A stretch of DNA of 64,000 bases, taken from assembly GCA_002104905.1 (NCBI GenBank), contig MCFE01000276.1, positions 41,112 through 105,111 of the forward strand, read 5' to 3'. The notes beneath the pieces were generated by a model. It was not told the DNA's origin, did not search any database, and was given only the letters and a program-made list of their open reading frames with translations. The position numbers were made by a program, and so were the translations under genes. Source of the stretch: Basidiobolus meristosporus CBS 931.73 (lineage: Eukaryota > Fungi > Basidiobolomycota). Below, piece by piece: positions 1-13,039 of the stretch; position 1 is the stretch's first letter, and each line of letters opens with the position of its first letter.

Positions 1-1
1 C

Positions 2-1162
2 TACAGACCTGGTGCAAAGCAAGGAAAGCCTGATGCCCTGTCCAGAAAAAAGGAATATGCCCTGGAAGAGGGAGATGATGCCTGTTGGCAAATGGAACAC
101 CCATTGCTGAGCAAGAAACATTTTGAGATTCTTGCCACCCAGTCCTCAAATCTTGTCATCCCTTCATTCCTAGTAAGGATATCAGAATCCCAAGCCTCTG
201 ATATGACTTCCAGCTCCATCAAGAAATATCTGGAATCCCCAGTTGGGCCCCCTCCCAAGTTCCCAAACATCCAGAACCTGCATTTGGTAAACAACCTCAT
301 CTACAACAAGCAGCAGCTTTATGTCCCAGACCTTGCCACCCAGCTAGACATCATTAAGTCTTGGCATGATTCAATGGCTGCAGGCCACTTTGGTACTGCC
401 AAAACCTTGAATGCTATCAAAAGAGATTTCTGATGGCCTAGAATGATAACTCTTATCAATGAATACATTCTGACTTGTGATATTTGCAACCGTGCAAAAC
501 CAGCCAGACACCAGCCCTATGGACTTCTTCAGCCCTTGCCTATCCCAGAACACCAATGGAGATCTATATCTATGGACTTCATTACTGACCTCCCTGAGTC
601 ATGTGGCTTCAATGCCATACTTGTAGTGGCTGACAGGCTGACCAAGATGGCTCACTTTATCCCTTGCTGTAAGAACACTGATGCAAAAGAAACTGCTGCA
701 TTAGTCCTGAAGAATATTTTCCGCCTTCATGGTATCCCCAGTGATATTGTGTCAGATAGAGGCCCACAGTTTGTGTCCAAGTTTTGGAAACACTTCATGC
801 AATACCTTGGTGTTCAAGTCAAGCTCTCTACTGCCTTCCATCCACAGTCTGATGGCCAGACTGAAAGAATCAACCAGATTCTAGAGCAATACCTCCAGTG
901 CTATATCAATTACCAGCAAGACAATTGGGTTGATCTACTCCCTGTTGCTGAGTTTGCCTACAACAACTCAAGCCATAGTGCAACCGGTTTTACACCATTC
1001 TATGCAAACTATGGATTCCACCCTCAGTTTGATATCCAGATTCCAACAAACCCAATGAGCCCACATGCGGCTGAACATGCCCAAGCAATCCAGGACATCC
1101 AGAATACCCTCAGGGAAGAACTATCCTTAGCTCAGGAAAGCTACAAGAAATTGACAATCTAA
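2..1162 (+). pseudogene. pol: Gypsy pol 3' part: RNase H end, integrase zinc finger and core; premature stop at 431-433
   Basis: One frame: HDSMAAGH...CDIC zinc finger, SMDFITDLP, SDRGPQF, QSDGQTERINQ. DF*WP is a TGG>TGA change in the usual xWWP motif; frameshift near 1160. Confidence 0.92.
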
Positions 1163-1248
1163 AACGGCATCCCAGCCCTGATCTTAATGAAGAAGATTCT
1201 GTATGGCTGCTCAGAAGAAACATCAGCACCAACCGCCCTTGTGACAAA

Positions 1249-1653
1249 TTGGATTTCAAGAAACTTGGTCCTTTCAAGATCAAGAAGAAGCTTAGCCCTA
1301 TAGTATATCAGCTACAGTTACCAGCAAGTATGAAAATCCATGATACTTTCCATGTGTCCCTCCTGGAGCCATATTGTAGGAACACCTTGCCAAACCTGCA
1401 AGAAGCAAAGCCCCAAGCTATCCAGGTTGACCAACATCAAGAATTTGAAGTTAAACAGATTCTAGACTCTAAGTATATCTGGTCAAAGCTGTACTACTTA
1501 GTAGACTGGATTGGTTATGGCCCAAGTGACCAAACATGGGAACCAGCTACCCATCTCACTAATTGTCAAGAACTAGTTATCCAGTTCCACCAACAATATC
1601 CTGCAAAACCTGCCCCAAAGGAAAAAAGAGCTTTGCCTGGAAGAGGAGAATAG
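1249..1653 (+). pseudogene. Integrase C-terminus (GPF motif) plus chromodomain, frameshifted from the core
   Basis: LGPFKI...HDTFHVSLLEPY, then EFEVKQILDS...YYLVDWIGYGPSDQTWEP. Confidence 0.9.
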
Positions 1654-2182
1654 TGTCATGATCACATGACAACCATGAGCACCTATGCCAAGTTTCAGCT
1701 TCCTAGCACAATTTCTAAGAAATTCCTTCTGGAACCTTCTACCACCTGCCAGAAAGTTCCTGACCATTCCAAACCATTGTTACACAAGGGAACATTCCAT
1801 GGAAGCTTTCCATTGTATTTTCATAGTCCAGTACCATATATGGAAATACCAGGTCACATGACTTAGTCACATGATCAGGTGACCCAATCCATTTCCCCAT
1901 CCTGTCTCAGTGCCGTGTCATCTATGCCATTATCCCTAGCACCATTGCTGTGCCTCACCCCACAACCCCATTAGTATTTGCTAATATCTCTCGGCATCAG
2001 TATAGCCAAAAAGTATATATAGTCCTATCCCCCCTTAAAGTATTCCTCAGTCTGATAAACACAGGTCTTGAATAAACAGCCTTGCCTTGGAAATCCGCCT
2101 TGCCTTGTTGATCCACACCTAAGTCCTTTCTTGGTCCTGCCTTGCCTAGCCCTACTCTTCTGCCTTGTGTCTATTCATAACA
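1654..2182 (+). repeat. 3' LTR of the chromovirus (529 bp)
   Basis: Starts TGTCATG right after PPT GGAAGAGGAGAA (1639-1650); ends CATAACA, after which Copia gag resumes. Confidence 0.85.
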
Positions 2183-3490
2183 CAATGTGCCTACAACTGC
2201 ATTTGCCTTAATGTCAAAGACAAATTGCTAATTCAATGCTCAAGGGCAAAAACAGGAAAGAATGCCTGGAAGACATTAGAAGACACCTACCAGTCATGTT
2301 TAGCTGCTAAGAAGATGTATCTAGGACAAAAATTCTTTACTGCAAAGATGTAGCCAGAGAAGAAATGAAAAATCTAATTAACAGAATTACCCTGCTGGTG
2401 GATGAGATGGAATCTGTGGGCATACCAAATGCTGAAGAGGAAGTGATTATAAACATCTTGAATAGCCCAACAGACAGGTTTCAGGGCCCTGTGTCAGCCC
2501 TAGAGTCTAGAACTGAGGATTTGACCTTAAATTATGTATGTTGAAGGCTCCTGGATGAAGAATTGAGAAAATCAAGCACTAATAAGAAGGAAGAAGAAAA
2601 TGCTTTAATAAGCTACAAAAACCAACAATGGAGATACCAAAGACCCTACAAAGGCAACAGCAACCTGCTTTGCAGCTACTGCAAAAGGAAAGGACACACA
2701 TCCAACAGGTGTTTTGAAAAGAGAGAAAATCAGCCAAAGAAGCCAGAATATGGAAATGCTGCAACTACAGAAGATAGACTTTTCATATCTGCACTAAACA
2801 TGGCCACAAACAAGGATTCTCAGATGTGGTACATTGACTCTTGAGCATCTCAACACTTTACACACCAAGAAGAACGTTTTACCCAATACCAAGAAATTCA
2901 AATTAACAAGGTTTTCATGGGTGACAATAGAACACTTGATGTAGTGGGAAAAGGAACTATCCAAGTAAACCTTAGAAGCAGTGAAGGAAGCCATACACTG
3001 ACTTTTAAAGAAGTACTCTAGGTCCCAGAAATAGCCAAGAACCTGCTATCTGTAAGCAAGGCCAATACAGAAGGACTTAATTTCAGCTTTGACAATTCTG
3101 GATGCAGGATCACTGATCAAAAAAGTGCCAATATTGCTTTGAGTATCAGAGATCAGAATCTATACAAGTTGACTTATATTTCATCTGATCTGAAAGCCAA
3201 TAAATTAATATCAATGAAGAAGCACCAATGCTTTGGCACAGGAGATTGGGGCACATCAATTTTGATTATTTGCACAAAATGATCAAAGATCAGCTGATTT
3301 CCAGGGTAAAAATTGATCCCCAGCTGGTTTTGAGCACTGTGGAGCCTCAAATATTGGAAACAAGCCAGAAAATTGCCCAAGAGCTTTGGGTTAATCAAAA
3401 CTAAAAAAAATTGATTTAATTTATGCAGATCTGTGTGTACCTATGCAAAATTTATCCTTAGGCAGGATGAAGAGTTTAATAACTTATATT
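2183..3490 (+). pseudogene. Decayed Ty1/Copia fragment (gag, zinc knuckle, protease, pre-integrase); end approx
   Basis: CAYNCICLNVKDKLL, CSYCKRKGHTSNRC, MWYIDS; homologous to the Copia at 56487-61168; many stops. Confidence 0.88.
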
Positions 3491-3504
3491 GACTCAACTT
3501 ATAT

Positions 3505-5226
3505 GTATACCCACTGCAATTGACACACTTCTAACACCTCAACTTTATGGCTTTCTGGTGTGATACTTGCAAGGTTGTCATATTACTTGTATTGCTGGCA
3601 ACATATACATCTTACAAACATGTACTTGGTTGCTACCACTTTTGCAATGAATACCTCTGCAATATCTGCAGAGAACTTCTTGGTATTTGACAAATTTATT
3701 CATTCTCCTTGATGGACTCTGGTCCCCTCTATGGATGTAAAAGGGTTCTTGTTTATGTGAAATCTGTGTTGAATGGTATAGAAACTAGCAGGTGACCAAG
3801 AGAAACCTGGCATACTTTGGCAAAGTTGTCCTAATAAAAATTAGTTGCTGGTTGCACCCAACCAAGCTTTACATTACATGAGTGACCACCCATGCTAGAG
3901 ACTGCATAGCTTCTTAATACCAAAGGGATAGGTGTCTACATGAGCATATCTGTCCTCAGTATTTTCCAACTCTTCCTGGCTGTCCTCTTTGTGCAACTCT
4001 TCATATCCATGATGAAATTGAGTGTAATACTTTTAATGAGATTGGGGTATGGTAGTATCTGCAACTTGACATGCATTTCTCTCTTCTCACATATCTGCTC
4101 TATAGGAAACTTCAAAAGGTGAAGCAAGGTCCATTATTTGCAATACAGCAAGCAAGATGGAGTAGAGAATGGATACAGTAGTGGCTGAGGTCTACACATT
4201 CTGCTTTATGCTTATAGTATAGATACTCAAATCCCAGTACAAACCCCTTGAACAACGCTGTGAATGTGTCAAGTTGGCATTGGTGATCTGGTTCTGGATA
4301 AATATCTCTACAATGTCAGCATATGACGCCTAATGCTTTCAATGTACTCAAGGTAGAAATGGCTGCAGAAGGCCATTTGAAAAAACACATATCTGGTTCA
4401 TCGAGTCCTTGGATTGTATTGTTGCGTATGCATATTAGTTTTGATTGGAGCCTGTGTGAAGTACTTAGGGCAGCTATTACTCTGCCATATCTTGCCAATT
4501 CTTTAAATTTTTCTGGTATCTCAATGGGCTCATTCAACTTGAAATGCCCCATGTACAATTTGGTCATCAATATGGGCATACTGATAAAGTGCAAATGGAT
4601 TGCTTACAGTGGAAAGCTTTTGATCCAGCAGATACCCTCTATTGTAAGTATCTGTGCTTTCAATTAACACCATGTTGCAGCCAATGACTAATGACTTACC
4701 AACTTTGCTGCAATTGCATGCTGATTTCTGTACATACTCTCTAAGGGAAGATAATAGATTTGTTCCATTGGATAGTGCCACATTGAGCCATGAGTGCCAA
4801 ATAGTGCCATTAAGTGCCAGAAAGACATAGAAGACCTACACTTGACCACAGAGTATGAAATATTGCACTTCATTTTCATGCAAAGCAGCCCCTGTGTTTC
4901 ACCCACTGTGATGGAGAAAATCCATTTTTTGACTTTTTTTTTGGATCAATGTTGTGCAGCATGTGTAAGAGCACAGAAGGACTGAAGACATGCATCTGGT
5001 ACTCAATACCCATGGCACTATGAATCTAGCTCCTCTAGCCTGTATCATGTCATAAAAATGCATGGCACTATCTTGGTTCTTAGTGTTAGTGTCTGGAAAA
5101 TAGTAATGTGTGTGAGTGATGAAGTAAGTTCCTTGGATTGGACACATCTGACAGAAAAAATGTCCATTATGCCCAGAAAAGCTGGCTATCTTACTGATGG
5201 ATGGGGTATATCCAATGCACAAAATT
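3505..5226 (-). pseudogene. Decayed CACTA/En-Spm transposase fragment, interrupted by a MITE arm at 4756-5097; approx
   Basis: ISKIASFSGHNGHFFCQMC and LQILPYPNLIK motifs shared with the other copies. Confidence 0.8.
4756..5097. mobile_element. Truncated arm of the AGACTTG fold-back MITE family
   Basis: Begins AGATTTGTTCCATTGGATAGTGCCACATTG after AAT; aligns to 5901-6240. Confidence 0.75.
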
Positions 5227-5605
5227 GGCTTGCTCCATTGGATAGCACCACACTGAGCAATGAGTACCTATCAATGCCATAGTGTGCTAGAAAGGCAAAG
5301 TCAACCTACATTTGGCCACAGGGTGTGAAAAATAGTTGTAAGACTTTATGCAAAGCAGCCACTGCGATTCACCTTCTGAGCTCAAAAATATACATTTTTT
5401 GGCCTTTTTTTGGATCATGTAGTCCTTGATGTGTCAGGGTGCCAAAGGACCAATGGCATGCATTTGGCACCCAGAATCTGGCTACAGCAGGTTTATAACT
5501 TGTCAAAAAATGTATGGTATTATCTTGTTCTGCTAGTACTATCTGGCACTTTAAGTGGTTTGTATAGGTTTTCCTTGAGGACAAATATTCAAACATAATG
5601 CCAGA
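5227..5605. mobile_element. Second truncated, more diverged arm of the same MITE
   Basis: Begins GGCTTGCTCCATTGGATAGCACCAC after ATT; cut at the CACTA terminus at 5606. Confidence 0.65.
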
Positions 5606-5900
5606 CCCTATGAGAGATGATTCTGATGATCCCATCAAAAAACTGCCACAGATTCAAAGTCCTGTGACTAAGAGGTACTGATTATGTCAGGACACCATGC
5701 AGAGACCATTGAGAAATAATTGCACCCCAGATTTTGCAAAAATTTTTATCAAAGTTTCCATCACAATAATACATTAATGGCTTTGGATCCATTACCTGCC
5801 AATATGCTCACTTTTGAACCCAGACACTTGATCACCTCCTTTGTTTGGGTACATTGATTGGCTATTATCTCATTTCACACTCCCTACTTCCTTACTCAGT

Positions 5901-6630
5901 AGACTTGTTCCATTGGATAGTGCCACATTGAGCCATGAGGGCCAAATGATGCCATAGTTTTGCAGAGAAGCCAAGTGAGCTATACTTGGCCACAGAGTGT
6001 GAAACATAGCTCTGCATTTTCATGCAAAGCAGCCCCTGAGTTTCACTATGATGCAGGGACAGAATTCCTTTTTTGATGTTTTTTTGTGGATCAATGTTGT
6101 GCATAATGTGCAAGAACACAGAAGAACTGAAGACATGCATCTGGTACTCAATAACCATGGCATACTGAATTTAGCTCCTGTGGCTTGTAACATGTCACAA
6201 AAATGCATGACACTATCTTGGTCCACTGATACCCTCTGGCACTATAAGTGCTTTGTATAGATCTTGCTTTGGGCCAATAATTAAATGTAGTTCCAGATAG
6301 TTCCAGTGGACCACAATAGTGCCATGGATTTTTGTGACGTGTTACAAGCCACAGAAGCTAGATTCAGAGTGCCATGGGTATTGCATATCAGATGCGTGTC
6401 TTCAATTCTTTTGTTCTCTTACACATCCTTCACAACATTGACCTAAAAAAAGGTCAAAAAATGGATTTTCTTCAACTCAATGGGTCAAGCATAGGGGCTG
6501 CTTTGCATGAAGATGCAGAGCTATGTTTCACACTCTGCGGCCAAGTATAGGTTCACTTGGCCTCCCTGGCACACTATGGCATCATTTGGCACTCATGGCT
6601 CAATGTGGCACCATCCAGCAGAGCAAGTCT
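5901..6630. mobile_element. 730-bp fold-back MITE
   Basis: AGACTTGTTCC...GAGCAAGTCT; about 330-bp arms are reverse complements around a short spacer; flanks AGT/AAT. Confidence 0.88.
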
Positions 6631-6922
6631 AATCATTTTTCTTACTTTTCATGCATACAAATTGATTCATTTCTGTTGAAACTTCAGCTATACCTCAATT
6701 GCCAATTGTATTGACCTCTTCAAGTCCCTACATCCTACACTAACATTAAGCCCAATCTCATACTCAGCAAGTAACTCCATTAATATCTACCACTCAAGAA
6801 GTTTTTCTGCTGCAATGCTCTGGTTCCATGACTTTGGCATGAACCCAATGGCTTTATGCAATTATTCATTCACTGGTATCCACATATCCTGGTCTTCAGC
6901 TGGCACTGCAAGGTCTAGCACC

Positions 6923-8665
6923 TCATCTACCAGTCATTGCCATAAGTCCTTGCAATATTCTAGTGCATTTTCTTGAGCACTGCTCTTGAAGAAGTGCTGC
7001 AATTTCTTGGTGTGCCTAATAATGTTCCAAAACTCTACTGAAGGCATTGTGGAAGTCTTTCAATCTCTTGTCATTGTAGCTTGTCTGTCAGAAGGATCTC
7101 CACTCTGTCAACAATGGAGGCTGTGGAGGCAGTGGTAGACATATTGCCTTTTTCTGCAAACTCATCTACCTTGCTGGAGTGTAGCGCAACTGCATGCACT
7201 TCCAACTCTTGTGAGAACAACTGTTTTCTTGCTGGTCATTCTTCTTGGCTATGATAGGATTCAGTCTGCTCCAGGCTTGTGGCTTTAATTGGCAAGAACT
7301 GCAGTTTTGTTTGTATGCCTCCCTGTCCCAGGCTTAGGTGACATTTTTACCTTTACCTTTTCCTTAATCACTGCCAGGTTTTCCACTGCTACTTTGTGTG
7401 AGTGCTTCTTGTAAAGAACTAAGTTTTCTCCTTGATAAGTTCTGCTCTGATGCATCTGTTTTGGCCTGCTTGTCCCTTGCTGGCACTCTTTGGGCAGCCT
7501 GATGTTTCTTTACCACTTGTTTCAAGCTCTCAACCATAGCTGCAATGGGCTCCTGTAAAAGCTGCTGGTTTTATCACTGCCAGGTCCTCTGCTGCCACTT
7601 TGACTAAGTGCTTCTTGAGTGGTAATACACCTTTACCTTGATAAATGTTGTGCTGGTGGATCCACGTCTGCCTGCTTGTTCCTAATTGGCACTCTTCCAG
7701 CAACATTACATCTCTCTGATGCTTATCTGGAGCTTTTGGTCATGCTTGAAATGGGCTCTTGAGGAAGCCAATGGTTTTTAGCCATTGAACCCTTGTTCTA
7801 CCGCCTTTGATAGTTTCTGCTATTCTTAAGATACTTTCTTAGCAAACAAATGCTGGCCTAAGATCCATTTTCCGGTTTGAATCCTGAATAATACTCAAGG
7901 AACAAGTCAAGTGCATTCTGCTTGGCCTTGAGTTCCTGATAGTCCCATGGTATGCCAGCCTTAAGGTGGTGGCAGTCTAGACTTCTGACAGTCTCTTAAA
8001 TAATAGACCACTCTTCATTACCACACTCAACAGCTTCACAGATCTTTAATGTCTTTTGATTTTTTGGCTTTGATATAAACTTCACATTGTCTTGCTCCCA
8101 TGCTGTGATAGGTTTTTTGGTAGGCTTTATCTTTTGGCACTGTTGTTGTGCTTCAGAGACTGAATGGTGCTCCTCTATTGTTACATTGGGAAATGGCATA
8201 ATTCTTGGCTGTGACATTGAGCTGCTTGAGTTGCTTCTTTGCAGCAGAAGATACTGCTTTCTCTATCTGGGATATTGATTGCTCTTCATGTATCATCCAC
8301 TCATCCTATTTATGGACTATAGCCTGATTTCCCTGGGCCATTGCATCTATGCTATCAGCCACTAAACCTAATTGCTTCATTAATGCTATGGTACAGGTCA
8401 ACAACATATTTGCTAATATGGGTAGTGGTGATATTATGACAGTTACTTCATGGTCTTCAACTGAGAGTACTGTGTTTGCTAAATTCTCATCAGCCTGAGC
8501 ATGACAGTCAGCTTGTGGCTCTACAGAGGGTCCCAATTGCCTACTTGACTGGGAGCATGAGGAGCCCACATTATCATCTTCAATGCATATACTGTCCACA
8601 GGGCCTTTTTTGGATGTAGCCCTGCTTTTTGCACTAAATGTCAAAGCAGGCTGTTGTCCAACCAT
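6923..8665 (-). pseudogene. CACTA accessory (TnpA-like) ORF, decayed
   Basis: MVGQQPALTFSA...KKGPVD start; homologous to 27738-29479. Confidence 0.75.
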
Positions 8666-8679
8666 TCTTCTGTTGTTAT

Positions 8680-9028
8680 TGTTGTCAGAGTCTTGGAGAT
8701 ATTGGAAGTGATTTGGAGAACAAGTGGATTATGTGGTTTTCACTTAATGATTTATTGATTGTAAAAGTAGTATTTATACTTTTACCTGGTCTTGGCATAA
8801 CAAACACATAGAATAGGTTAAGGAAGGTCCCAAGAACATGTGTGCAAAGTTTGGGGCTGTCTGGACAACTTTGAGAATTTTCATGTTCTGCGTACCTGGT
8901 ATTTTGGTGAAAATTTTCTAAGTAAATCCTGACAAGGAATTTGGTCAGTATTCTCTAGGATTTGAAGGTAATGATCTAAGTGACTAAGTTAGGTGCATAT
9001 TTAGGTGGAATTACAAATTTTTACAACA
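8680..9028 (-). repeat. Copia solo LTR (349 bp) with 5-bp TSD GTTAT
   Basis: TGTTG...CAACA, homologous to LTRs at 56487 and 60820; GTTAT on both sides. Confidence 0.93.
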
Positions 9029-9274
9029 GTTATCAGTGGTGGGGTTTGGCTGGGAACCAGTCAGCTTTGCTTTATTTTTTGGCAGCATATATATGGAAGT
9101 GATTCAAATCAAAGGGGAAATAGTGTTACATATACATGTGTATGTGGTGCCACAACTTTATTTATAATGTGTACTATGGCAGGTCATCACTGAATCTTAC
9201 ATTCATGTTGGTGTAATGTCTCAAATACAAGACTATCTTAATTTCACATTAGTATTTACCAAAAAGTGAGATAA

Positions 9275-12200
9275 TTGCATTATGTTGTTGAAGGTCAAAC
9301 TGTTTGCCCCATTGACAAGACTACTTTGACTCAACGCTGTAAGAGAAGAGAAAAAAGAGCATGTGGCTATTGTAGCAAGCCACTCAGCCATGAGGCACAC
9401 AGACAGCATAAGAAGTATTGCAAGGATCATGGCCAGTGTTTTGCCACACCAGTTGTATTTGACCACTCATTGGTTGCTATTATACCAGCATTATCTTGCT
9501 GGCCAGTTGATACTTCTATATTGGCACCTGGCCATCTTTGCTTCCTTGCACAAACTGAGTCAGGTGAGTTTTGACGCCTTTAGGCTCACCTCAGCCTTCT
9601 GAATATTGCATGCAGAGTGATAGCTCTGATAAAGAAGGTTCACTGATGAATTTTGAGCCTATCTCCCCTAACAGCAGAACCATGTGTGAGCCTGGTCAAA
9701 TCCCTATATGCAATAAAACAACATCTGTTGAAATAAATCCTAGCAATACTTTATGGAGTGAGCCAAGTAATCCATCTACTGGCAAATGATGTCATGTTGT
9801 GGCTACAGAAGTAGGGTGTTTCTACTAATATTTGTAATGGGGGCTTCGCAAATTTATTACTATTTCTTACCAATATCATACTGGGATGCAACTTACCATG
9901 TACATAGTACAAGTGCACAAATGTCATGCGGCTGGCAACATATGATCCAGAGACTGTCCTGATTCTAGCATATGGTAACAGTTGCATGGCATTAACATCC
10001 AAAAATGCTACCATTGCAATGCATCCAAATTGTCAGGAATCCACCACCATTGAGGGAGTACATTGTTCACACTCTGGATACATTCTGGTCATTCCCTGTC
10101 TGCAGAAGCTGACGCAGTCTAACAAATATTGCAAATCTATACAGTACTGCACTCAGTAACAATCAAGCACAAACGTATCCAATATATTTAATGGCAAACA
10201 TTACAAACAACTAAAAAGTAAGCGCTACTTTGAAGGTATGTATGACCAAGCCTTTGCCTTAACACTTGATAGATTCTCTTTGAACAAGTATTCTACCAGC
10301 AAATTCTGCTGGCCACTGATTCTCATCAATCTGAATATGCCACCCAACTTACAGTATCTGAGCAACAATCTTATGGTAGTCTTAATGGCATCTGGATCAA
10401 AATCACCGTCCAACCTGGATAGCTACCTGTATTCATTGCTGGATGATTGTTGTATACTTTACAGCAGGATAATGGTTGATGACCATTATGTAAAAGCACA
10501 TATAATTATCTACAGTGAAGATACCCCAGCCATCAGCAAGATAGCAGGTTTTTCCAGGCACAATGGATGGTAATGCTGTCAAATGTGTGAGATCCAGAGG
10601 ATTTACTCCATTACTCACACACATTATTATTACCCAAGCACCAGCACTAAGAACATCATCTTTCCACAGAGATAACATACAGAAGGCAGCATGCATTTGC
10701 AGCAAAGTTGGCAAGCTATAAGCCATTGGCCAGACTGTGGAATCAATTGGAAACCAAATATGCTAAAGATAGTGGGTATCTGTTGGAGCAAAAGCTTTAC
10801 ACTGTGAGCAATGCATTTGCTTTTCAACAATGTCCCTATATAGATGACCAAGTAGTAGATGGGACATTTCAAGCTATTTGAGCCCTTTGAGATACCAGTG
10901 TAATTTGAAAGAATTGGCAAGATATTACAGAGTATCCACCACTGTAAGTACTTCTCACAGGCTCCAATTCAGTATTCATATGCATATGCAACAATACAAA
11001 TGCAACAACTGGATGAGCTGGATATGTATTTTTTCAGGTGGTGTTCTGAAGCCATTCCTATTAAGAGTACATTGGAAGCATTGGGAGTCATTTATGGAAA
11101 TTGTAGAGATATTTATTCAGCAGCAGATCACCAATGCCAACTTGACACATCTACAGCTGTAGTGCAAAGAGCTTGTGTCAGGATTTGAGCAGCTATACTA
11201 CAAACACAAAGCTTACTGCTTGGATCTCTGCCCCTGCTGTATCCATTCTCTACTCCATCTTCCACTGTGTGTGGAGACTATTGGACCTAGCTGCACCTTT
11301 TGGGAGCTTCCTATAGAGTGGATGTGTTGGGAGAGAGGAAGACAAGTCAAATTGTAGTTAATACCATATCCTAATCTCCCCAAGAATATTTCCATCATGT
11401 CCATCATGGATGTGATGAGTTAACACAAGGAGAACAGCCAGAAAGAGTTGGAAAGTACTGAGTACAAACATGCACATGGAGACACTGTTGCAATTTAAGA
11501 TGTGATTTCAATATAAGGAACTTATCAAGAAATAGTGATAATAGTTGAACTGTTGCTTATTCATAAAGAAGCTCAGTATTTATACCCTTATAGAAGTAAT
11601 ACAGCTGTAATACTAAGTAGGGAGGGTTTCTCAATATTCAGGAGCATTCTGTAACAGCTTCAGGGTTAGAACATAATGTTTGGTAATAGTGCTAATTTGA
11701 TCCTGACTATAGGGGAATAATCATAAGGCCATATATCTGGAGAAAGTGGCAAAGTTAAGGCAGTAAATGAGTCTTATGGTGACTAAGACTAGTCTAGAAT
11801 TGTTAAGTAAATTTTTAGCTGCTGAATGATACCAAATAGTCCAATATTTCAACAGGCACCTATGCCCATGGAATTAAGAAGCAAAGCAGCCCCAATGCAT
11901 GGGTAATCAGTTAAGTAATGCAAAGTTGGGTTGGGTGCAACAAGCAGCTAAATTTTACTAGGAAAACTCTACCAAGGTATGCCGGATTTCTCTTGGTCAC
12001 AAGCCAACTTCTACACCATTCAATACAGAGTTCACATTAACAAAAGCCAGGGCACACCTATAAGGGGGACAAGAATCCAGCATGGAGAAGGAATATATTG
12101 GCTAAATACCAAAGGTTCTTTGCAGATACTCAGGAGGTATTCATGGCAGAAGTGGCAACAGCCAAGCATATGTTTGCAAGATGTATATGTTACTAACAGT

Positions 12201-12370
12201 ACAAAGTATATGGCAACTTTGCAAGTATCATACTAAAAAGCTGTAGAGTTGAGGTGATAGAGGTATGTCAATTGTGGCAGGTGTGAGCTTTTGTAGAGGT
12301 TAGTAAGCAGAAGGCCATAGATACTTTTGACTCAAACTATAAGTACAATACCCAAGGTAGTAGTGGGTAA
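9275..12370 (+). pseudogene. CACTA/En-Spm transposase (Transposase_21/tnp2-like), decayed; end approx
   Basis: N-terminal CGYCSKPLSHEAHRQHKKYC; ALTLDRFS...CWPLILINLNMPP...LDSYLY...DTPAISKIAGFSRHNG; FWELPIEWMC. Confidence 0.85.
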
Positions 12371-13039
12371 GCAAATGAAGAGGGGTGATTCTACAGTGTA
12401 ATATATGAGTTGCACAAGGGGAGTTAGAAAAAGGAAATACCACTTGGTAAATTGGTAAGGTAGCATTATACAGAATTAGCTGTAGCCATCATACTGCCAA
12501 TATAATGCCATGAGCATCTTGCTGTGAGGCCGACAAAATACAATCAAGTTTTTTGTCATATCAGGCAATTCATATCCTGGCCAGTTGGATCCACTTGAAA
12601 TAGTTGTAAAATGCTAAAAGACTGCAACAATACCAGCACTAATCAAATCCTGTCAAGTTTTATCCCTTTATTTGTTAAAAAATTAGCAAAACTCTGTTGT
12701 GATCCTGTCATAAGAATATCAAGAGGGTCACTAATTTCAAGCTACTGGTATTAGGATGGTTTCTAAATGGGATCCTGGGGGTTGATATGGATTGGATCCA
12801 CCTACAGGACTAAATTATTTTACGTAGGGTTGTCTGTCAGTGGAATCTCCACTCTGTTAACAATGAAGGATGTGGTGGCTGTGGTAGACAAGTTACCTTT
12901 CTCTGCAAACTTATGCAGGTTTGCAGTGGTAGTTGGCAAGAAAAATCCAGAATTAGGCTCATGGACCAAGTAAAGCACATCCTGTTTGGCCTTGAGTTCC
13001 TGTTAGTTGTGCACCAACAAATAAGACTTGACCAATTTT

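Larger units (their letters stand above)
1..2182 (+). mobile_element. Ty3/Gypsy chromovirus-type LTR retrotransposon, 3' part (runs off window start)
   Basis: RNase H end (YRPGAKQGKPDALS), integrase, chromodomain, PPT and a TG...CA LTR in Gypsy order. Confidence 0.95.
5606..12829 (+). mobile_element. CACTA/En-Spm-type element, near full length, decayed
   Basis: Left end CCCTATGAGAGATGATT, right end AATTATTTTACGTAGGG; accessory ORF on -, transposase on +. TSD does not match (AGA/TTG). Confidence 0.8.

Noticed and set aside
1661-1873. Point-centromere CDEI elements
   Set aside because: No CDEII/CDEIII context; the motifs are inside an LTR.
5606-12829. Intact insertion with TSD (also 31016-35802)
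   Set aside because: Flanks AGA/TTG and ATG/CTT do not match and belong to different hosts; the ends may come from rearranged copies.
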